NCBI GenBank assembly: GCA_034439675.1
Contig: JAWXAW010000076.1
Location: 2,073-66,072, forward strand
DNA: 64,000 nt
From: Saprospiraceae bacterium
Lineage (GTDB): Bacteria > Bacteroidota > Bacteroidia > Chitinophagales > Saprospiraceae
Direction of reading: 5' to 3'
A model generated the notes under the pieces. It did no database searches. It was not told the DNA's origin and saw nothing but the letters and a program-made list of their open reading frames with translations. Of the stretch, positions 1 to 9,807 are shown one piece after another (positions within the stretch are counted from its first letter, which is position 1; every line of letters starts with the position of its first letter). Made by a program: the position numbers and the translations under genes.

Positions 1-1
1 A

Positions 2-2749
2 TGGGTGTTGACAACAGATCTCAATGGAAATATCCTTGAACAGATGAACTATGGAGGCTCCCTCAACGACCTCTCAGTAGATATCATGACGGTTGACAGC
101 GTTTTTTATCTCCTCTCTTCTACACTGTCTGCCGATAAAAATGTCCCCTTCAATACAATCACACAGCAGGATCTGTGGTATTATACGCTTAATCCAAATC
201 CTGATACATGCTCTGAACAGTTTCTGTGTCAACCGGATTCCATGTTGACCAATCATATATATCCTCCAGCCAATGATGCGCTCATCTGTGTAAGCGGATG
301 TACTGCCGGCTATGGTCCGGGGCCTTTCTTCAACAATGGAAGTTGCCCTGATTTTGTCCATCCAACAGCTTATTTCTTCGTCACTACGGATACGACAGCA
401 GATCTGCTGACCCTGAGTGTGACTTCAGACGAATTTAATCAGCCGCAAATAGCCTTACTCAGATCTGTCAACTGCTCTTCATTTCAGCAGGTGGAATGTG
501 CCACAGGACTGAATGGTAGCGTACTGATGGCTTATTTAGATGTCGACCCATTGACGACCTATGTAGTTGCCATTTCTGACGTGGAAGGTAATATCGGAGA
601 ATTTGAATTTTGTGCCACATCGATTGATGTTGAATTCTGTAATGAAGATGATAGGATATTTGTCACAAGCACGTCATTGGGAAGCCCTTTAAAAGGACCA
701 TACAAGCCCGGTGAGGAAGTTAGGATCTGTTATGAACTTGAAGATTGGAACAAACTGGATTGCAATGGCTTCCAGGGTTTAGTACCAACATTTGGCCCGG
801 GATGGGACACCACCTCATTTGACCTTTTTGGGCAACCCATCCAAATGGACGAGCTGCTTTCACCTGTCACAACCGGCTTCTGGGAATGGTATAAAGTTGG
901 TGATGTTCGTTACAATGTGTCTAACCCGATAAACGGTTATGACGGAGGGCAAGGGATGCCACCAGGTTGGTATTTTACCAATACAGGTAATTCCCCTCCT
1001 GCCACAGAGCCGGATGAAACTACAGGAGATATTGAGGTTTGTACACCTACCCCTGACAGATGGAAAGTCTGCTTCTATCTCAAAGTAGTGGATGAATGTG
1101 AATCCAACCTTGATTGCACAATCACCATGCGAACTTTTTCAGATGGTGAAATTGGCAGAAATCCAAGCCTTGCCTGTGCATATGACCAGGAAGAAATTTT
1201 TATCACAAACATGGTATGTTGTGTTAATCCTGGAATTCAAAATATTCAGAATTTTTCAGTTTGCAGCGGTGACACCATTGCCTTCCAACCCCAGACAAAT
1301 CTATTCCCACCTGTAACTTACAGCTGGACGGCTAATCCAGATCCCTTTATAATGGGCGCTACTGCAGGAAATGATCTCAATAGATTTTATCAGGTATTGA
1401 TCAATGAAACAGCTGTGCCGTTAAAAGTCCGTTATAGCATAAAGGCTGAAGGGAATGGTTGTGAAACCGATACTGAGGATTTTGAAATTACAGTACTCCC
1501 ACTCCCAACCAGTCGTCTAACGGTTACAGGTCCTAATATTATTTGCAGCGGTTCAACAGTCACTTTCAATTTTGAAAGCACCGGCACGCCCCCATTTGCT
1601 ATTGGCTTGTTCAGGGAAAATGAATTATTTGCCAATGTACTCAGCGAAAGCAATTTTCTCTCTATTCCTATTGATCCTGTGTTTAGTGGACGCTTCAGGA
1701 TCGGAACACTCCGTGATGCATCTTGTGACGGGCAAGGAACAGGTTTTGTCAATGTGACCGTTAAGCCAAACAGTACAGTGATCATCGATACCACCATCTG
1801 CGAAGGTCAATCCTTTGTAGTCGGCACAGAAGTATTTTCTGAAGCTGGAATCTATACGGTGACCCTGGAAGATGGCGGTTCCAACAATTGTGATAGTGTC
1901 GTTGTGCTAAGCTTGAATATTGCCCCTACGATCATCGAATCCATAGATGAAATCATCTGCAACGGTGATACATTATATGTTCTCGGCGAACCGTATACGG
2001 AGTCTACTGATGAATTAATTGAATATACAGGTCCTGAGGGATGTCCCAATTTTATTGACCTCCACCTGGTCGTTGAGGACACTTTTTCCATGGAGATCAA
2101 TCAAACCATTTGCAATGGTGATACGCTAGATTTTGAAGGCATACTTGTATACCAGGAAGGCACCTATTCATTCGTTGAAGAAATACGTCCGGGTTGCTTT
2201 GAACAAACAGTTTTGCACCTTGATGTCCTTCCGGCCATTTTCATCAATGACCTGGCCATCATTGGCGACAATGGTTCAAATTCAGGAGCTATCCTCGTTG
2301 AAATTGTTGGCGGCTCTCCCCCGTTTCAGTATCTATGGAATACAGGTCAGACCTCCGAAAGTCTTTTTAATATCATGCATGGAAAATATCATCTGACGGT
2401 AACAGATCGGTTAGGATGCAATCAGATATTTACTTTCGATGTGCCAATGATTTCCGGTACATCTGAAATATCCATGTCAGACAGTGAAATAAAAATCTGG
2501 CCTACGATGACCGCTGCAGGAGAGATGCTGCAACTCCATAATACTGGAGTCGCAGCAACAACTGTTTCCGGTATTACATGGTGGTCGACCCATGGGCAAT
2601 CATTTGATATTTCAGTGGATCTGGAAATGGGTGCCGGTTCAGGTGCGTCCATTATCGTTCCCGAAATCCTTGCTCCAGGCATTTATTTCCTCAGATTATC
2701 ACTACCTGAAGGAGCCAGTGTTTGGACAAAGGTACTTTTGAATGAATAA
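2..2749 (+). CDS. Large secreted multidomain protein with a SprB-type repeat and a T9SS type-A C-terminal sorting domain. The 5' end runs off the window.
   Basis: The frame is open from the window edge. The protein has Cys-rich repeated beta-type modules and a SprB-repeat-like segment GGSPPFQYLWNTGQTSESLFNIMHGKYHLTVTDRLGC. The last ~85 aa (IKIWPT...GIYFLRLSL...TKVLLNE) have the shape of a Por secretion tail. Confidence 0.7.
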   Translation, partial: WVLTTDLNGNILEQMNYGGSLNDLSVDIMTVDSVFYLLSSTLSADKNVPFNTITQQDLWYYTLNPNPDTCSEQFLCQPDSMLTNHIYPPANDALICVSGCTAGYGPGPFFNNGSCPDFVHPTAYFFVTTDTTADLLTLSVTSDEFNQPQIALLRSVNCSSFQQVECATGLNGSVLMAYLDVDPLTTYVVAISDVEGNIGEFEFCATSIDVEFCNEDDRIFVTSTSLGSPLKGPYKPGEEVRICYELEDWNKLDCNGFQGLVPTFGPGWDTTSFDLFGQPIQMDELLSPVTTGFWEWYKVGDVRYNVSNPINGYDGGQGMPPGWYFTNTGNSPPATEPDETTGDIEVCTPTPDRWKVCFYLKVVDECESNLDCTITMRTFSDGEIGRNPSLACAYDQEEIFITNMVCCVNPGIQNIQNFSVCSGDTIAFQPQTNLFPPVTYSWTANPDPFIMGATAGNDLNRFYQVLINETAVPLKVRYSIKAEGNGCETDTEDFEITVLPLPTSRLTVTGPNIICSGSTVTFNFESTGTPPFAIGLFRENELFANVLSESNFLSIPIDPVFSGRFRIGTLRDASCDGQGTGFVNVTVKPNSTVIIDTTICEGQSFVVGTEVFSEAGIYTVTLEDGGSNNCDSVVVLSLNIAPTIIESIDEIICNGDTLYVLGEPYTESTDELIEYTGPEGCPNFIDLHLVVEDTFSMEINQTICNGDTLDFEGILVYQEGTYSFVEEIRPGCFEQTVLHLDVLPAIFINDLAIIGDNGSNSGAILVEIVGGSPPFQYLWNTGQTSESLFNIMHGKYHLTVTDRLGCNQIFTFDVPMISGTSEISMSDSEIKIWPTMTAAGEMLQLHNTGVAATTVSGITWWSTHGQSFDISVDLEMGAGSGASIIVPEILAPGIYFLRLSLPEGASVWTKVLLNE

Positions 2750-2884
2750 TGCTTAACGTGAAATGGAAAGGGATCCATATGATCATTGCTGATCTATGAA
2801 TCCCTTAACCTCTTGTGCTTTTTTCATCTCAAGTTGGATTGGCATATGTCCTGTTGAACATAAGCGCATTAGGATGTCAAAGCA

Positions 2885-2949
2885 CGATACCGGGTTTATT
2901 AACTTTCTATGTTAACCGGTATCGGGGTTTTGACCACTAGGTCAACCCC
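2885..2949. terminator. Two adjacent imperfect hairpins in the convergent gap between the first cargo gene and tpiA. Possible terminator region.
   Basis: Hairpin 1 pairs cgataccgg (2885-2893) with ccggtatcg (2916-2924), plus an inner 5-bp ttaac/gttaa pairing and a 5-nt bulge. Hairpin 2 is ggggtt(tt)gacc-acta-ggtcaacccc (2924-2949). Only a short T4 run follows. Confidence 0.3.
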
Positions 2950-3174
2950 TCTGTCCAAATTATCTTTCCTGAATATGGCTACTCATTATTGCCTTGGCAG
3001 TATTTTCATCCATAGGGTATTGCAAACTGATTCGTTCAGTTTTAACAATGCAGTATTCAGATAACTGGACATTTTTCTTAGATAATAAATTGTGATCCCT
3101 TGATCATCGTTATAAATGTAAAAAGATCAAACGAAAAAAGCAAGTATTACCCGTCCTAATTATCAACAAGTTTA

Positions 3175-3933
3175 TCAACAGGCAGCCTTAATGATTTCAA
3201 GAAATCCAGCTACTTGTAATGAAGCCCCCCCCACAAGTCCTCCATCAACATCCGGCGAGGCAAAAAGCGTTGCCGCATTATCTGCCTTAATACTGCCTCC
3301 GTACAATATCCTTATATCATCGCTGGTTGCACTATCATAGGCTTGTCGAACAGTATCCCTGATAAACGAATGCATTTCCTGAGCCTGCTCGGGTGACGCA
3401 GTCAAGCCGGTACCAATAGCCCAGATGGGCTCATACGCAATGACTAACTTTCTAAATGCATCAGTCCCGAGATGAAATATGCACTCTTCAAGTTGTTTCT
3501 TGACAAATTGATTTTGCTGGCCGGCTTGTCTTATTTCTAAAGGCTCCCCGCAACAAAAAATAGGGATCAGGCCGCCATTCAGTATCGCATCCACTTTTGC
3601 CTTGACGATCTGATTTGTTTCCAGAAAAAGCTGACGACGCTCAGAATGGCCCGTGATGCAATATTGGATATCAAGGCTCTTCAACATACCTACTGACACT
3701 TCCCCTGTGTAGGCTCCGGCTACTTCTGCATGACAATGCTGTGCAGCGGGCAAAAGAGACGTTCCCTTTATACGATCAACCAGCATCTGCAGATGGGTAA
3801 AAGGTGGCGCTATGACAATCTCGCAATCCAATATATTGGGTAGACCCTGTAATAATTGATCAATCAGTTTTTCTCCTTCGGACAGCGTAAGGTTCATTTT
3901 CCAGTTGGCGGCAACAATTTTTTTTCGGGCCAT
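3175..3933 (-). CDS. tpiA: Triosephosphate isomerase
   Basis: 252 aa with AANWKMN, GHSERR and YEPIWAIGTG motifs. Confidence 0.95.
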   Translation of the reverse strand: MARKKIVAANWKMNLTLSEGEKLIDQLLQGLPNILDCEIVIAPPFTHLQMLVDRIKGTSLLPAAQHCHAEVAGAYTGEVSVGMLKSLDIQYCITGHSERRQLFLETNQIVKAKVDAILNGGLIPIFCCGEPLEIRQAGQQNQFVKKQLEECIFHLGTDAFRKLVIAYEPIWAIGTGLTASPEQAQEMHSFIRDTVRQAYDSATSDDIRILYGGSIKADNAATLFASPDVDGGLVGGASLQVAGFLEIIKAAC

Positions 3934-4038
3934 ATTTTTTGAGCTTTAGGTTGAAGGTAAAATTTCAGGGAGTTAAAGATAAACAGTCAAATCCCCAATC
4001 CTATTAATTACCTGATAGAAACAACTTAAAACAGGAAG

Positions 4039-4158
4039 GCCGTTGCAGGAGTTTGCTACTGCAAGCAAATAAATATCCAACGAAATCCCAATAAAGAATT
4101 CAAATAAAAAATCCAATCTAGTATTCTAATGTTTGCAGGAGCAGACTCCTGCAACGGC
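4039..4158. repeat. 14-bp perfect inverted repeat enclosing ~92 nt, with internal small hairpins, in the tpiA/ppk1 divergent intergenic region
   Basis: gccgttgcaggagt (4039-4052) is the exact reverse complement of actcctgcaacggc (4145-4158). A local hairpin ttgcaggag-caga-ctcctgcaa lies at the right end. The gtttgc...gcagact motif recurs about 70 nt downstream. Confidence 0.6.
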
Positions 4159-4386
4159 TAAGGCGAATAGATCTGCAAATAACTCCCTTATCCTATAATC
4201 TTTGGTTCAATGTTTGCTGCGAGATATCAGAAGCAGACTGGCAATGTTTTCCGGGACATAATCGTTTTGTTTCTTTATGTCCTGAACAAAGTCTTATCAG
4301 AACCGGATGAAACAGATTTATTGATTTCCAATTGATTGATTAAGTGATCTTTGTAAAAATTACAGCACCCCAGTAGTAACCATAGA

Positions 4387-6480
4387 TTGATGGCTAAGGA
4401 CAATATTTCAAAGGCAACCCGGTTTATCCACCGCGATTATAGCTGGCTTGATTTCAATTACAGGGTCCTGCAAGAGGCAAAAGATCCGAATGTGCCTCTC
4501 ATGGAGAGAATCAAGTTCCTGGCTATCTACAGTAGCAACCTCGATGAATTTTTCAGGGTCAGGGTAGCAAATCATCGGAATCTCCTGCAAGTCGGCAAGA
4601 AGACCATTAAACAGTTGGACTATGATCCTGGAACAGTATTGCTGCAGATCCAGAAGATTGTCAGCGAACAGGCGGTAGAATTCGGCGAAATATTCCAGCA
4701 CCAGATTGTCCCTGAACTTAAGCGACACGAAATACACCTTGTCCAACGTGAAGAATTGTCTCAGGAACAGGAGGCCTTTGTGGATACCTACTTTCAGGAG
4801 AATCTGCTTCCATTCGTCCAGCCGGTCTTATTGGTAAAAGATAAAATAAGGCCCTTTCTCAACAACAAGGCTTTATATCTGGCCATCCTGATGAAGGACA
4901 AAGAAAATGCGTCTACGCAGGAGCAATATGGTATCATTAAGATTCCTTCTGATCATCTACCCAGATTTATTGAGCTGCCTACACGGAAACAAGGTCATGA
5001 ACTAATCATGCTTGATGAGATTGTAAGGCACAGTGTGATGTGGCTGTTTCCGGGATACCAGATTGTCAACACATACTCCATCAAACTGACCAGAGATGGC
5101 AAACTCTACATTGATGATGAGTACCAGGGTGATCTGGTCAAAAAGATTAAAAACAGCCTTCTCAAGAGAGATGTGGGACCTGCCTCACGCCTCGTATTTG
5201 ACAAAACAATACCGTCCCAGTTTTTACATTACCTGATGAATGTGCTCGGGGTGGAGAAACTTGGGTTGTTCCCGGAAGGAAGGTTCCATAACAACTTCGA
5301 TTTTTTTAAGTTTCCGTCATTTGGCATGGATCATCTCAAAGACCAGCCGTTGCCGCCAATGGATTATCTCCCACTGGCAAAAGCAGAATCTATTTTTGAA
5401 CCCATCCGAACGAATGACCACCTTATCCATGTTCCGTATCACAAGTACGAACCTGTTATAAAGTTTTTCGAACATGCTGCCAAGGATCCGAATGTCACGC
5501 ATATAAAGATTATCCAATATCGGGTTGCTCCCAATAGCAGGATCATGGAAGCATTGATCAATGCTGTCAAATCAGGAAAGCAAGTGTACGCCTTTATTGA
5601 AGTGAAAGCCCGCTTTGACGAAGAAGCTAATCTCCGTTGGGGAGAACAGCTCGAAAAAGCAGGAATTATGGTCAGGTATAGCTTTCCAGGCTTGAAGGTA
5701 CACAGCAAACTGGCACTCGTCAGACGGCTTGAACCGGATGGTCCTCAACTCTATTCCTACCTGAGTACCGGCAACTTCCATGAAGTTACCGCAAGGATCT
5801 ATAGCGATCAGGGCTTATTCACCTCAGATAAACGCATCACCAGCGAAGTAGCCAGAATTTTCTCCTTCCTTGAAACAGTAAAGCTTCCGGGTGAGGATTT
5901 CAAACATCTGCTGGTCGGCCAGTTTAATCTGAGAAAGACACTGATTCAATTGATAGACTTTGAAATAGCTGAAGCAGCAGCAGGCAGGGCGGCCTCCATT
6001 GTCCTCAAGGTCAATAGTCTTCAGGATGAAGAGATGATTGAGAAACTTTATGTAGCCAGTCAGGCAGGTGTAAGAATCGAATTAAACATCAGGGGCATTT
6101 GCTCGTTGATGGCCGGTAAGAAAAACCTGAGTGAAAATATTAAGGCCTTTAGCATCGTCGACCGGTTCCTTGAACACAGCCGTATTTTCCTCTTCAATCA
6201 CGGAGGACATGAGAAAATGTACTTGTCCTCGGCAGACTGGATGGAACGGAATTTATCTTTCAGAATCGAAACTGCATTTCCAATCTATGATCCGATCCTA
6301 ATGGCTGAAATCAAGGACATACTTATGATTCAACGCGGAGACAACGTAAAAGCCAGATCACTTCACTATCAGCATATCAATGAGTACTTACTGAACGATT
6401 CCGACCTTGCTATTCGCTCACAGCATGAGACTTACTTCTATCTGAAGCGCAAATACGAAGAACTCAATCCAAAAGAATAA
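4387..6480 (+). CDS. ppk1: Polyphosphate kinase 1
   Basis: 697 aa. N-terminal WLDFNYRVLQEA and SSNLDEFFRVR, and two PLD/HKD-like segments (KVHSKLALV, LEHSRIFLF). The likely true start is the ATG at 4390. Confidence 0.95.
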   Translation: MMAKDNISKATRFIHRDYSWLDFNYRVLQEAKDPNVPLMERIKFLAIYSSNLDEFFRVRVANHRNLLQVGKKTIKQLDYDPGTVLLQIQKIVSEQAVEFGEIFQHQIVPELKRHEIHLVQREELSQEQEAFVDTYFQENLLPFVQPVLLVKDKIRPFLNNKALYLAILMKDKENASTQEQYGIIKIPSDHLPRFIELPTRKQGHELIMLDEIVRHSVMWLFPGYQIVNTYSIKLTRDGKLYIDDEYQGDLVKKIKNSLLKRDVGPASRLVFDKTIPSQFLHYLMNVLGVEKLGLFPEGRFHNNFDFFKFPSFGMDHLKDQPLPPMDYLPLAKAESIFEPIRTNDHLIHVPYHKYEPVIKFFEHAAKDPNVTHIKIIQYRVAPNSRIMEALINAVKSGKQVYAFIEVKARFDEEANLRWGEQLEKAGIMVRYSFPGLKVHSKLALVRRLEPDGPQLYSYLSTGNFHEVTARIYSDQGLFTSDKRITSEVARIFSFLETVKLPGEDFKHLLVGQFNLRKTLIQLIDFEIAEAAAGRAASIVLKVNSLQDEEMIEKLYVASQAGVRIELNIRGICSLMAGKKNLSENIKAFSIVDRFLEHSRIFLFNHGGHEKMYLSSADWMERNLSFRIETAFPIYDPILMAEIKDILMIQRGDNVKARSLHYQHINEYLLNDSDLAIRSQHETYFYLKRKYEELNPKE

Positions 6481-6612
6481 TTAATTCTCCTTTCCTCCAC
6501 TGTTTGATAACCCGCAAAGCACGGCTTATTTACAATTTATTTTCAGGGTTTACCATGTGGTATTGCATACGTTAATACCTGCATATTTGTATCCGTAATC
6601 AGATTTATTCCC

Positions 6613-6885
6613 ATGCAACTGTTGACGAAGACCGGACCACAATCCATCCGTCGAAATAATCAAATGCGATCCTTGTGGATTGAATATCCACGGATACCTT
6701 CAGGTGATGATGTTATTGCTGTGTTGTTCAATCGTGAACAGGCTGACATAATGTTCAAACTACCGGTATTAATGGCTGATGCTAAAGGCATTGAAATAAT
6801 GCTGCCTTCCTTCATCACCGGGATGTTCTATTTGAAAGTAGAGGATGGTGATCAGTCTTTTTTAAGGCAAATAGCACTTCAATAA
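6613..6885 (+). CDS. Hypothetical 90-aa ORF. Its C-terminus faintly resembles a T9SS CTD tail. It may be a gene remnant or non-coding.
   Basis: It is the only ORF in a 650-bp gap. The tail is ...GMFYLKVEDGDQSFLRQIALQ. It is flanked by a 16-bp inverted repeat, and a strong + strand terminator follows at 7056-7092. Confidence 0.25.
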   Translation: MQLLTKTGPQSIRRNNQMRSLWIEYPRIPSGDDVIAVLFNREQADIMFKLPVLMADAKGIEIMLPSFITGMFYLKVEDGDQSFLRQIALQ

Positions 6886-7055
6886 GGGAAAACCCTGAAA
6901 ATAAAAATTGGGTGTTTTCGTCCATGTATGCAACAAAATTTTGAATGACCTTTACATTGTTGATAGTTATTAAAGCAATTCAACTATTGAGAAAAATAAA
7001 AGCAGGAATTTAGTTTTGGTTTATTCCTGATTAAAGATTATAAAGGGGTGAGACT

Positions 7056-7092
7056 TGCCGGGGTCGTCAAAGGGTGACACCGGCATTTTTTT
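7056..7092 (+). terminator. Rho-independent-type terminator on the + strand
   Basis: The tgccgg...ccggca stem is extended by gtc/gac and c-g pairs (7056-7085), followed directly by a T7 run (7086-7092). Confidence 0.55.
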
Positions 7093-7138
7093 GCTTATAC
7101 CCTACCGGACGACTACAAAGATTCACACGATGAGATGA

Positions 7139-9109
7139 TCAGTCAGCCAGTTTTTCTGCAAGCTCTTCCCACTCTATCATCAGTCTTTCTATCTCAAGCT
7201 TTTTAGCTTCATAGCCACTGACTTCTTTCTGGAATCCCGTGGATTGATAAAATTCCGGATCAGCCAGAACCAATTCCTTCTCTTTGATGAAAAGTTCACA
7301 GGCACTGATCTCTTTTTCTACTAAAGAAAATCGGCGCTGCAGATTCTTTTTCTCCTGGTCTGAGATGGTAGAAACAAGTACTGGCTTGGCTTCTGTACCA
7401 TTGGATATCTTAGCTTCCGTTACCGCTTTGGTTTTTAAAGCTGCTGCCTGCGATAAAACATCAAGATTTTCAATACCCTTCTTACTCAGCATTTCATCGA
7501 TATCACCTATATACTCTTTGATCTGTCCTCCGGCGAACTCAAGCGTACGTGAAGTCAGACCTGTAAGAAAATCCCTGTCGTGGGAAATGATGATGAGCGC
7601 CCCCGGATAATCCATCAAGGCATCTTTCAACCGTTGTTTTGCCTGGATATCCAGGTGGTGTGTCGGCTCATCCATAATCAACAAATTGGTCTGAGACAAA
7701 ATCATACACGCCAATGCCAATCTTGCCCTTTCTCCCCCGGATAAAACGGAAACTTTTTTACCGGAATCCTCCCCACTAAACAGAAAAGCGCCAAGAATAG
7801 CTCTGACCCTTGGCCTGACTTCTGGCGCGGCGAGGGCCTCAATGGTATGGAGAACCGTTTTGGTTGGATCAAACAATTCTGTTTGATCCTGTGCGTAATA
7901 TCCCATCAGGACACGCTCATTTAATTCAAGCAATCCATCCGTCGGAGGGGTTCTACCTCCGATCATCTTGGCCAGTGTTGATTTTCCCTGACCATTTTGA
8001 CCAACAAAAGCAACTTTCTCATTTCGCTCAAGGTCAAACTCAACATTTCTGAGTACTTCCTTTGTGCCATAGTTTTTGGAAAGATTGGTGATATGGATCA
8101 TCGATCTGGGAGCCCTGTCCAAAACGGGAAACTTGATTTTCATGGCGGAATTATCTTCATCCTCGAGTTCGATGATCTCTACTTTTTCAAGTTGTTTCTC
8201 CAACGATTTTGCCATACTGGCTTTTGAGGCTTTTGCTCGGAATCGATCGATCAGTTTTTCTGTACGTTCTATATTTTTTTGCTGATTCTGGTAAGAAGCA
8301 AATTGAATCTCTTTGAGCTTTTGCCTTTCCTCCATGAATGCTGAATAAGGCAATGGCATATCATACAACCTTCCGAGTGAAATCTCAATAGTTCTATTGG
8401 TCAATTGATCCAGAAACCGCTTGTCGTGCGACACGAGCAATATGCCAGCTTCAGAGGACTTAAGATACTTTTCAAGCCATATAATAGAGGGCATGTCCAG
8501 GTGATTCGTGGGCTCATCGAGCAGCAGATAATCCGGACGACCCAGCAGTAGCTTTGCCAGTTCAACACGCATCTGCCATCCACCGGATAACTCACCTACA
8601 GGTTTATTTAAAACCTCTTCCTCAAAACCAAGTCCTTTTAATACTTTTTGAATATCCCCTTCAATAGTGCCTGCACCCAAATGATCCAACTCAGCATAAA
8701 GTTCACTGATACGTTGGCTCAGATGCATGATTTGATCATCATCGGCGCTGTGCGTGAGTCCGTGGGTTGTAAGTTCTAACTCTTCATTGATTTCCTTGAC
8801 TCTGTCAAAAGCAGCATAGGCTGCTTCCATAACCGTAAGGTTTGGATCAATAGAAATCTCCTGTTTAAGGTAGGCCATACTGGTCGGTCTGTCGATCAGT
8901 CCTGAATCTGCTTCCACCAGTCCGGCGATGATCTTAAGCAGGGTTGATTTTCCGGTCCCGTTCCGGCCTATCAGCCCTACTTTCTCGCCCATACGAAGCG
9001 AAAAGGTGACGTTATCAAGTAATGTTCTGTCTCCGAATTTGGTGTTGATATCCTTCACTAATAGCATAGCGGGCGCAAAGGTAGGGAATGTAAGGGGGAT
9101 CCCTATCAA
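7139..9109 (-). CDS. ABC-F family ATPase with tandem nucleotide-binding domains and no transmembrane domain (Uup/YheS-like)
   Basis: Two full ABC cassettes are present: GRNGTGKST / LSGGWQMRVELAKLL / LLLDEPTNHLD and GQNGQGKST / LSGGERARLALACMI / LIMDEPTHHLD. There is a C-terminal coiled-coil tail. The probable true start is M15 (MLLVKDI...) at 9067. Confidence 0.9.
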   Translation of the reverse strand: MIGIPLTFPTFAPAMLLVKDINTKFGDRTLLDNVTFSLRMGEKVGLIGRNGTGKSTLLKIIAGLVEADSGLIDRPTSMAYLKQEISIDPNLTVMEAAYAAFDRVKEINEELELTTHGLTHSADDDQIMHLSQRISELYAELDHLGAGTIEGDIQKVLKGLGFEEEVLNKPVGELSGGWQMRVELAKLLLGRPDYLLLDEPTNHLDMPSIIWLEKYLKSSEAGILLVSHDKRFLDQLTNRTIEISLGRLYDMPLPYSAFMEERQKLKEIQFASYQNQQKNIERTEKLIDRFRAKASKASMAKSLEKQLEKVEIIELEDEDNSAMKIKFPVLDRAPRSMIHITNLSKNYGTKEVLRNVEFDLERNEKVAFVGQNGQGKSTLAKMIGGRTPPTDGLLELNERVLMGYYAQDQTELFDPTKTVLHTIEALAAPEVRPRVRAILGAFLFSGEDSGKKVSVLSGGERARLALACMILSQTNLLIMDEPTHHLDIQAKQRLKDALMDYPGALIIISHDRDFLTGLTSRTLEFAGGQIKEYIGDIDEMLSKKGIENLDVLSQAAALKTKAVTEAKISNGTEAKPVLVSTISDQEKKNLQRRFSLVEKEISACELFIKEKELVLADPEFYQSTGFQKEVSGYEAKKLEIERLMIEWEELAEKLAD

Positions 9110-9147
9110 AGGTTAATAAACAGGAATAAACTAGCTGATTTACAGCC

Positions 9148-9193
9148 AGTTACGACAGTGTGGCACACCTAGGTGTGCCACACTGTCGTAACT
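9148..9193. repeat. 46-bp perfect palindrome downstream of yqgE-like and upstream of the ABC-F gene. Probable transcript-end hairpin or operator.
   Basis: agttacgacagtgtggcacacct (9148-9170) is the exact reverse complement of aggtgtgccacactgtcgtaact (9171-9193). The centre is cctagg. No U-tract lies on either side. Confidence 0.7.
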
Positions 9194-9246
9194 TATTAAT
9201 CGTGAGATGGTTAGGAGATGTTTTAACACTTTTTCAAATTTGAGTT

Positions 9247-9807
9247 TTAATTCAGATTTGGTTGCTCTGGAAGTTGAGCCAGAACACTGTAAACGTCTCC
9301 CTTATGGTGCATCACCTGGTTCCAAAGTCGGGATGGCTTTGACTTGAAAACATAGTTGGCATGAGCTTCGGCTGTAATCCAGGAGCTGGCATCCAACTCC
9401 TCAATGAGCTGACCGGGAGACCAACCCGAATACCCTACAAAAAACCGGATGTTTTCACTTTTGACCAGTTCCTGGGCAATCAGGAATTTGAGTTTCTCAA
9501 ATTCCCCACCCCAGAAGACTCCGGGGGCAATTTCTGTACTGCCGTCCAGTAGGAGCCCCACATTATGGATATAATGAATTGTATTGGTGGAAACCGGACC
9601 ACCGTAATATGCAGGTGCTTCAATCTGGGGAAAATCCTCAACCAGTTCGGTGATGCTGACCGTGAGTGGTTTATTGATGATAAAACCAACCGTGCCTTCA
9701 TCTTCCGCATGGTCAGTAACCAAAATAACCGCTCTGCGGAAATTTGAATCCTGCATAAAAGGTTCCGCTACTAGCAGACTCCCGGTATGTACTTCATACT
9801 TCATCAT
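9247..9807 (-). CDS. YqgE/AlgH family protein (UPF0301)
   Basis: 186 aa. LLVAEPFMQDSNFRRAVILVTDHAEDEGTVGFIINKP is typical of the family. The start abuts the fabD stop. Confidence 0.8.
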   Translation of the reverse strand: MMKYEVHTGSLLVAEPFMQDSNFRRAVILVTDHAEDEGTVGFIINKPLTVSITELVEDFPQIEAPAYYGGPVSTNTIHYIHNVGLLLDGSTEIAPGVFWGGEFEKLKFLIAQELVKSENIRFFVGYSGWSPGQLIEELDASSWITAEAHANYVFKSKPSRLWNQVMHHKGDVYSVLAQLPEQPNLN

